In this document: positions 57,623 through 64,000 of the stretch, piece after piece | How positions within the stretch are numbered: position 1 is the stretch's first letter | Layout of the letters: every line of letters begins with the position of its first letter | From: a virus | DNA length: 64,000 bases | IMG/VR virus record: IMGVR_UViG_3300020156_000002 | Location: 66,654-130,653 of that record | Reading direction: 5' to 3' (one strand) | Notes under the pieces: model-generated | What the model saw: only the letters and a program-made list of their open reading frames with translations | Databases searched by the model: none | What the model was told of the DNA's origin: nothing | Program-made: the position numbers and the translations under genes

Positions 57623-58603
57623 TTAAATAAGATTGCTAACATTTTCTCTTTTTCTACGCATTAATTCTTTTTGATAATTATTCCTATGTATTTTATAACA
57701 AGAAGGACATCTTTCTTGTTTCTTTATAATTCCGTCAACTTCAAATTCTTTGCCACAGTCAATACATTTTATTGTTTTGGTATCTAATTTTTGATATTTA
57801 TTACACTTGTCACATTTGAACCTATTATTTTTTTTATTTTGTACAAACATACCCCCACAATCACATCTTCCATATTTTTTATGCTCTGGAACATTATAAT
57901 ATTTCTTTTGATATATTTTCATATATCCATCTAATCCTTTACATAGATAAGCTACAGCAAAATTATCTTCGTTCCATGTATCAATATCAAGTGTTAAATG
58001 TGACTTATCTTCAAAATCTTCTAGCGGTACAAAATTTTCAAACATTCTTTTGAAATATGGAACTATCAATTTCTTATACTCGTTCCAACTAATATTTATT
58101 TTCTGTTTTGCGTATTTTTCTTTTACGATTTCCATTTCTTCTAAAGTATTATCTAGTTGAAGTGTAAGAGTATTAGAATCATAAATCTCTCCATTTTTCC
58201 ACCTGTAATACATTTGTTTTGGTAGTTTAACTAAGTCCATATATTCTTTTTTTAAACATACGTTGCCATCACATAGGTTAGTATAAATATTATTTATTTT
58301 TTGCCTTATCAAGCTAACAAAATCTGTATCCTTAGTCATTGAACGATATGAAACATAACTAATTTCAGAATATGTATTAAATATTTGACCGATTTCCGTA
58401 TCCAATAATGACTTTGATACCGAAAATTTTATATCCTTTTTATATGTACTTCGTTTATTATTGCTAGACCATATCAACTTCATAAATTCTTTTACTATTT
58501 CATCTTTATCTTCATCTGATATTGTTTCTTTATAATCGTCTAATATTTCATACAAAAACTTATCTGTTATATCATACATTCTTTTCACCATCCCATAGTT
58601 CAT
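57623..58603 (-). CDS. Helical protein with C-terminal double zinc ribbon; putative RNAP accessory factor (probable start 58579)
   Basis: CDCG...CDKC...CIDCG...CPSC; overlaps the RNAP gene end. Confidence 0.6.
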   Translation of the reverse strand: MNYGMVKRMYDITDKFLYEILDDYKETISDEDKDEIVKEFMKLIWSSNNKRSTYKKDIKFSVSKSLLDTEIGQIFNTYSEISYVSYRSMTKDTDFVSLIRQKINNIYTNLCDGNVCLKKEYMDLVKLPKQMYYRWKNGEIYDSNTLTLQLDNTLEEMEIVKEKYAKQKINISWNEYKKLIVPYFKRMFENFVPLEDFEDKSHLTLDIDTWNEDNFAVAYLCKGLDGYMKIYQKKYYNVPEHKKYGRCDCGGMFVQNKKNNRFKCDKCNKYQKLDTKTIKCIDCGKEFEVDGIIKKQERCPSCYKIHRNNYQKELMRRKRENVSNLI

Positions 58604-61175
58604 AATATTTGCCTAAATATTCATAACTGTATTCGGTTTTATATGGTGTTTCAATAATCATGGTACGTTTTTTAGCAGGAGTATTATCTTTTAAGTTTTT
58701 AATTATATATTCACCATACCCATTCCATGCTAAAACTTTACTAACAGACATATTAGAATAAGACACTTTAATTACATAATTAGCTATTAATTCTTCGTCT
58801 GTCAAAATATCTAACATTTTTTTCTTGTATGCATTTATTAATATTTGTGATTGATTATAATCACCTTCTGTTTGTTTTGTTGATTTATCGTCAATCATTT
58901 GTTTCCACTTACAAGCAAATTCATTGATAAGATGTTTCACTTGTTTCATGATTTTTTTATCATTCAAATCCAATTTATTATTAATAATCAAACATCTTGT
59001 ATCAACAACATTTCTATCCCAAACTATACATTTTTTCTCCCATGTATCAATATAATCTGCCAACTCATTCATAGGGGATGGAGAGTAGTAAGCATTTAAT
59101 TCAACTTTATCTTTATCATCTTGAATTAATTTGTTATGACGTTTCAATTTATAATATGTATTCATTTTCTGCGGGTAATTGTACATCAAGAAAAATGGGA
59201 GCTGTTTTAAAAATCTTCTTAATCCTTTATTCATTTGCCACCTTACTCCAGTTTTTTGAAAATCTATTTCTTTGCCTTGGAAAATTCTAAGTAGTGAAAC
59301 ATAATCATCATATATTTTTTTCCATTTAGTATCGGTAGTATACATATTACGAATACTTGTTGCTACATTTGTAATTTCACCAATTCTGTTATCTCTGCTG
59401 TTCACTTCGTAGTCAGTAATATTTTCTTTTGTATACTTTTTAACTTTTGCAGTTACTTTATCTTCAATATCTATTATTATGGGTTTATCAATCTTGGATG
59501 ATATAACAACAGGATTAGTATCTAATTTTACTGCATCTCCATCCTCGTCCATTCCTCCTTGTTGAGGGGCAGATAAATCATACATGTTAATCATAACAAC
59601 ATCTTGGTCTTTAAAATTACTAAACCATTTCTTTGTTATTTCATTTTCTACAATATTTACATCATTCACTTCTGAAGGACATACTAACGGACTACGGAAA
59701 GATAACACTTTTCCTTTTCTAATCGTGTCACAATAAAATTCTTTCGCTTTTAAACAACCAATAGGTTCTTTTCCTGACGCATATTCCAAATAACCTATCA
59801 TATCTCCAACTACAGTATGATAAAAACCATCGGAATAAATTTTACCATATTTCATATCATTAATTGTCTTCTTTAACTTGCGATGAATATACTGTTTAAC
59901 GGCAGGATCTTTTAGCATAATATCATTAATTAACGCTGCTTCAAGATATTTTCCTTCTGCTTCATACCCATCTGTATCATTAATACCTAAAAATTTATAT
60001 GTATAAAATTTATTCCCTTTAATAATTTTTTCGCATAAATTAGTTGAATATTTTGCAATTTTAATCATTTTTCCTTCATTTTCTGGGGATAATATGTCGT
60101 AGTTTTTATAATTCTTTTCCTCAAATTGCTTAATATATTTATCATTCCACAAATCAAGACACTGTAAATACTGAAAATTCATTTTTGTCATTAAATTGAT
60201 ATCTTTCATATGGTGACTATATTTACTTATACCAAGTTTAAATTGATATTTTTCAATTGTTTCAAGATATTTATTCCACCCGTCAGAAGCATATTTATTT
60301 TTGAATATACCATATCCTTTGAACATTGATATATTCCATAAACAATCAATATCATCAACTTTATGTATATTACCAAATACATCAGATATTTCTGTAGTAC
60401 CCAAAACATCTTTTAGATAAATTTTAAAATCTTCAAATTCAACCGAATATCCTTTAAAAAATGGCAAGCGAATTTGTAATCCAACTGGAATATAATCTAA
60501 TCCTAATGCATTTTTTGCCATCTCACTAACTTTTCTTGAATGACAACCACAGCCATCAAACGGAGATAAATCAATAGGATAATATCCTTCTTCGATTTCT
60601 CTGGCTTTGTATTTTTTTATTTCTCCAGTCTTGTCGTCAACATATTCTTTTTCTTTTTCAACTACGTATCTAATATATTGATTCTCTAAAACTTTTTTAT
60701 ATTCCCCTATTACAACAATATAAGGTAATTTTTCATTAATTAATGTACATGAACTAAAAGGCAAACATCTTTGTGCTTCATATTTTGATATCACACACTC
60801 ATCAATTTCAACATCCATTTGTGTTACCATAAATAATTCTTCATATATATTTACATCACAGAAAGCAGTAATTCCGTCCTTACCTTGGGATGCAGATTTA
60901 CCAAATCTAACATAATTAACGCCGTTATACGAAAACCCTTTATTTAAAATATGACGTAGTTGGTCTTCAGTTTTTGGATTTTTTGGTGCTTCCACTAAAA
61001 TGAATTCATTTATCCTTTCCGAAAAACTTCCACGTATTCTTTCTATTTGGTCAAATAATAAAGAATTGCTTTGCTCAATTAAATATTCCGTTTCATCTGA
61101 GATTGTTACTTTGTATGTTTGTTTAATTATTAATTTCAGTGGTATTTTTGCTAATATAAATTGTTGTTTGTCCAT
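58572..61175 (-). CDS. yonO: YonO-like single-subunit (cellular RdRP-family, double-psi barrel) RNA polymerase
   Basis: SASQ, DGCG, QIR..FKG, RSP...P and GGMDEDGD catalytic motif, IG; position upstream of the late genes as in SPbeta. Confidence 0.9.
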   Translation of the reverse strand: MDKQQFILAKIPLKLIIKQTYKVTISDETEYLIEQSNSLLFDQIERIRGSFSERINEFILVEAPKNPKTEDQLRHILNKGFSYNGVNYVRFGKSASQGKDGITAFCDVNIYEELFMVTQMDVEIDECVISKYEAQRCLPFSSCTLINEKLPYIVVIGEYKKVLENQYIRYVVEKEKEYVDDKTGEIKKYKAREIEEGYYPIDLSPFDGCGCHSRKVSEMAKNALGLDYIPVGLQIRLPFFKGYSVEFEDFKIYLKDVLGTTEISDVFGNIHKVDDIDCLWNISMFKGYGIFKNKYASDGWNKYLETIEKYQFKLGISKYSHHMKDINLMTKMNFQYLQCLDLWNDKYIKQFEEKNYKNYDILSPENEGKMIKIAKYSTNLCEKIIKGNKFYTYKFLGINDTDGYEAEGKYLEAALINDIMLKDPAVKQYIHRKLKKTINDMKYGKIYSDGFYHTVVGDMIGYLEYASGKEPIGCLKAKEFYCDTIRKGKVLSFRSPLVCPSEVNDVNIVENEITKKWFSNFKDQDVVMINMYDLSAPQQGGMDEDGDAVKLDTNPVVISSKIDKPIIIDIEDKVTAKVKKYTKENITDYEVNSRDNRIGEITNVATSIRNMYTTDTKWKKIYDDYVSLLRIFQGKEIDFQKTGVRWQMNKGLRRFLKQLPFFLMYNYPQKMNTYYKLKRHNKLIQDDKDKVELNAYYSPSPMNELADYIDTWEKKCIVWDRNVVDTRCLIINNKLDLNDKKIMKQVKHLINEFACKWKQMIDDKSTKQTEGDYNQSQILINAYKKKMLDILTDEELIANYVIKVSYSNMSVSKVLAWNGYGEYIIKNLKDNTPAKKRTMIIETPYKTEYSYEYLGKYYELWDGEKNV

Positions 61176-61189
61176 TAATATCCTCCAGA

Positions 61190-61645
61190 TTATAGATATT
61201 TTTCATAAAATTCATTTGCAATAGGTTCTGACATCTTTAAATATTTTTCATATCCTTTAAAATAAATACAAGGTATTTTAATTTTAAAGTCTTTTACCAT
61301 ATCAACGAAATAATCATAAATACCATCTGCCATAATATCCTCATTGTTTATCATTCCAACAAATTTTCTTTCTTCCCAAAAATTTTTACGTAATACAGGA
61401 TGAAGATTTTTGACATAAATAGAATATGCTGTTAATTGCTTATAAAAGATGTCAAGTGAAGCGTTGTATCCATCTTTCATAATTCCATTTTTGATTGTGT
61501 GTACTGTGTTATTAAACTCCTGAAAAACAGTTGAGTGACAGTCTGGACAAATCATTGTCATATAATTCATATCATCAATTACTACGAGTTCCTCACCGCA
61601 TACTGGACATTTAGTTATTTGTTTAAAATTCTTTTTCATTTTCAT
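61190..61645 (-). CDS. Zinc-ribbon protein
   Basis: CPVCG...CPDC. Confidence 0.6.
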   Translation of the reverse strand: MKMKKNFKQITKCPVCGEELVVIDDMNYMTMICPDCHSTVFQEFNNTVHTIKNGIMKDGYNASLDIFYKQLTAYSIYVKNLHPVLRKNFWEERKFVGMINNEDIMADGIYDYFVDMVKDFKIKIPCIYFKGYEKYLKMSEPIANEFYEKYL

Positions 61646-61751
61646 TCTCCTTTAAATTCATTATTATTTTTATTTAATCAAATGGAATATATAACTCCAA
61701 ATAAAACATTACATTTATACTATTAAAACTGTTTATTATTGCTACTTATAA

Positions 61752-62183
61752 CTATCTATCTAACCAAACCTCAAAATATGTAATCTCATCATTATGAATC
61801 AACTTACTATTTAAGTTAGGACAGAACCGCAACAATTCCTCAATCTGATATGTATGATAAACATAATCTACTTCTTTGTTTCTGATAACTCCCAAAACAC
61901 TATTGATAAAATTACAATATTTCATATCAAGAGTATCACATCCATCACCATTACCTCTTGATAAACTCCATCTACGTTGAGAAATAACGGAGTTTGTATT
62001 TCTTCTGGTTAATTTCTTGTTATTTGTTCTGACGCTTTTAATTTTCATAATAAAGAATAGTTGCTGCCATTCTTTATTTGTCATGTTATCTAAAGATTTT
62101 CTATTGATATCTGTATTTAATTTGGTGGCAAAACATTTGCCTGTAAGTGTTGTTCTTTCTGTATTGTTTGTTCTTGTTATCAT
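61752..62183 (-). CDS. Hypothetical protein
   Basis: 143 aa with SD AGGAG. Confidence 0.6.
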   Translation of the reverse strand: MITRTNNTERTTLTGKCFATKLNTDINRKSLDNMTNKEWQQLFFIMKIKSVRTNNKKLTRRNTNSVISQRRWSLSRGNGDGCDTLDMKYCNFINSVLGVIRNKEVDYVYHTYQIEELLRFCPNLNSKLIHNDEITYFEVWLDR

Positions 62184-62192
62184 TGTGTATTA

Positions 62193-63014
62193 TTATTCTC
62201 CTTTATTTGTGTTTTCATAATTATCGTCAAAAATTGTTTTACGTTTTATATTATCTTTATTTGTATCTTTCATAAGATTATATTTTTCCAACAATGAATC
62301 AACCATCGTTTCAAAAGCATCTTTAATTTTAGAATAGTATTCAATAGCGTCTAATTGAAAGCATTTATCTACATCCATTTCATATTTATAATTTTCTACA
62401 TATGTGTTTATGTCCAAATCGTACATATTCTCAAACTCAATAAATAAATTATGCATTACTGTTTTCAATTCTAAATTAAAATAGTCAACTAACAAATTAC
62501 ATTTTTGAAAAATACGACTTTGCCATCTGCTATATTTCTTTCTTTGAATTTGTTTTTGATTATCTTTTAAAGAATTTATATCATTTTGCAAAATAGTAAT
62601 AGCATTAATTATTGGTGATAAATCAAATTGTGAATAGCTACTATTATTTTGAATTTCCTGAAATTTAAAATATCCATTAACTAACTGTCTTTGGACTTTC
62701 CATGCAAGATCATCGTCAAAAGTTTTTACAAGCATCATATATCCACTTTCTGTCAATGCAGTAATACCTCTGTTGGGAACACCTTCAAATCCTAAAGTAT
62801 GTTTAGCGTACTTTTGAATGTCTTGTGGTTTGATTATAAAATAATCTTCATTTATTAAAAATCTGCTCTTGTTGCTATTAAACCTTGCTTTTGATGTGCC
62901 GTCAGGTCTTTCATGGACTAAATCAATATCTTTAAATGTTACCACTCTTTCTCCATTAAATTCTTTTGGACACAAAGCATGTCCGTTAATGTTAATTACT
63001 AATTGTGTATTCAT
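62193..63014 (-). CDS. ORF6N-domain (antirepressor-like) DNA-binding protein
   Basis: KEFNGERVVTFKDIDLVHERP.G...TESGYMMLVKTFDDDLAWKVQRQLVN.YF; SD before ATG 63014. Confidence 0.85.
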   Translation of the reverse strand: MNTQLVININGHALCPKEFNGERVVTFKDIDLVHERPDGTSKARFNSNKSRFLINEDYFIIKPQDIQKYAKHTLGFEGVPNRGITALTESGYMMLVKTFDDDLAWKVQRQLVNGYFKFQEIQNNSSYSQFDLSPIINAITILQNDINSLKDNQKQIQRKKYSRWQSRIFQKCNLLVDYFNLELKTVMHNLFIEFENMYDLDINTYVENYKYEMDVDKCFQLDAIEYYSKIKDAFETMVDSLLEKYNLMKDTNKDNIKRKTIFDDNYENTNKGE

Positions 63015-63033
63015 TATTAATTCTCCTCTTTTC

Positions 63034-63999
63034 TTATTCGCTATAAAAATCGTATCCACTAAAGATACTCAAATCTTTAATTCTTTCTGGATGCTCAATT
63101 TCATTCTTCTTATTTAATTCAACCATTGAGTGATAAATTTCTCTTAACTTACTGTACTTGTATGGAATCTCTTTACCTGCTCTAGCACAATCTTCAGCAT
63201 GTCTAAACATCTGTGATAATCCTCTTGTCTTATTTGATTTATCTTTTCTAATCTTTATGTGTTTTGATTTTAATTTTTCTCCATACTCTTCTTCATGCTG
63301 CTTGCCTATCTTATCCACTAAATCTTTGTCTTTATATTTGCCATATGTATGAGATATCTCTACAATATCACCATCTTCAAATAGTATAAAATCTTTTGCT
63401 TTATATATGTAAAGCAATTCTAATTCCACAAGTGACTTTAAATAAGCTGAGATAGTTTTCTTGTTGTATCCAGTAGCATCAACCATACTTTGTATAGATG
63501 TAAACCCAACCCCCGTATACTTGTCATCTTTTTTCTTATGAATAGTAGATAGTACATATATGTAAAATCTTAATAATGAAATTGATCTTGTATAATACTT
63601 AGGCGATGATAAAAGAATTTGGTGTATATCAGCGTTTTCTACAGCAACATAGAAATCTGTTGGTTGTTTATTGTCGTCACACATATCTGTTTCTTTCAAT
63701 TTGTCAACTCTGTCCTTAACCATATCTTCTGCATCAACAATCCATTCATTTGATACATTAGATTGACTAAATATCAGAATTGACTTCATTGCTAATTGCT
63801 CTATACCATCTTTTATATTCTTAATCAAATTGTTGTCAGCAGGATATTTGCCAGTAAGTAGATAGGAGAGAAGAGAAGTATTCACATAATACATAAAAAT
63901 TTCTCGCCTAAGTAACATAGTCATTCCTAAGTAGGCTAAATATTCGTTTGCAGTTAACTTGTTATCTAATGTGATTTTATCCTTAATATATACCGTTTT
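63034..63999 (-). CDS. Winged-helix DNA-binding/replication-type protein, 5' end runs off the window
   Basis: FTSIQSMVDATGYNKKTISAYLKSLVELELLYI; frame open to the window edge. Confidence 0.6.
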   Translation of the reverse strand, partial: KTVYIKDKITLDNKLTANEYLAYLGMTMLLRREIFMYYVNTSLLSYLLTGKYPADNNLIKNIKDGIEQLAMKSILIFSQSNVSNEWIVDAEDMVKDRVDKLKETDMCDDNKQPTDFYVAVENADIHQILLSSPKYYTRSISLLRFYIYVLSTIHKKKDDKYTGVGFTSIQSMVDATGYNKKTISAYLKSLVELELLYIYKAKDFILFEDGDIVEISHTYGKYKDKDLVDKIGKQHEEEYGEKLKSKHIKIRKDKSNKTRGLSQMFRHAEDCARAGKEIPYKYSKLREIYHSMVELNKKNEIEHPERIKDLSIFSGYDFYSE

Positions 64000-64000
64000 G

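Larger units (their letters stand above)
1..64000. mobile_element. Large temperate siphophage genome segment, SPbeta-like organisation, Firmicutes host
   Basis: Full set of terminase, portal, protease, capsid, tail and lysis genes, integrase/xis/attP and YonO-like RNAP; no host housekeeping genes; Firmicutes-type SD (AGGAGG) and sigmaA promoters. Confidence 0.95.

Noticed and set aside
58572-61175. True RNA-dependent RNA polymerase or RNAi-like system
   Set aside because: The characterised phage homolog YonO is DNA-dependent, the synteny matches SPbeta, and no Argonaute or Dicer-like partner is present
13058-63352. Numerous + strand ORFs overlapping - strand genes (e.g. 13696-14169, 23644-23997, 34706-35080)
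   Set aside because: Antisense shadow frames of real genes; no SD and no recognisable motifs

Overview
The window is part of a large, AT-rich temperate Firmicutes (Clostridia-like) siphophage whose gene order resembles the SPbeta group. It appears to be the non-integrated form, because an intact attP (3' half of tRNA-Gln(CTG) plus arm repeats) lies between xis and a tyrosine integrase. Bases 1-8.9 kb (+) carry an early/accessory arm: C5 DNA methyltransferase, YopX, PAPS-reductase-like, SleB-like hydrolase, ThyX-like, guanylate kinase, nucleoside deoxyribosyltransferase, xis, attP and int. Bases 9.1-64 kb (-) read, in transcription order: wHTH protein, ORF6N protein, YonO-like single-subunit RNA polymerase, metallophosphoesterase, terminase, portal, protease, capsid, head-tail and tail genes, a second tyrosine recombinase, a tape measure split by a 457-nt group I intron, Dit, tail spike, baseplate protein, holins and endolysin. 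Inserted in this late region are two toxin-antitoxin pairs, two homing-endonuclease-like genes, several antirepressors and moron cassettes. The most interesting unexplained features are: (i) three promoter-plus-two-hairpin antisense sRNA units of the same design; (ii) three regulator cassettes each ending in a paralogous small acidic protein; (iii) small DUF5659-like genes placed directly before nucleases; (iv) a baseplate protein with a nucleoside-hydrolase-like domain; (v) a structured leader and about 20 terminators in the putative YonO-transcribed region; (vi) palindromes at gene ends. All calls come from motif recognition by eye; no database searches were run.
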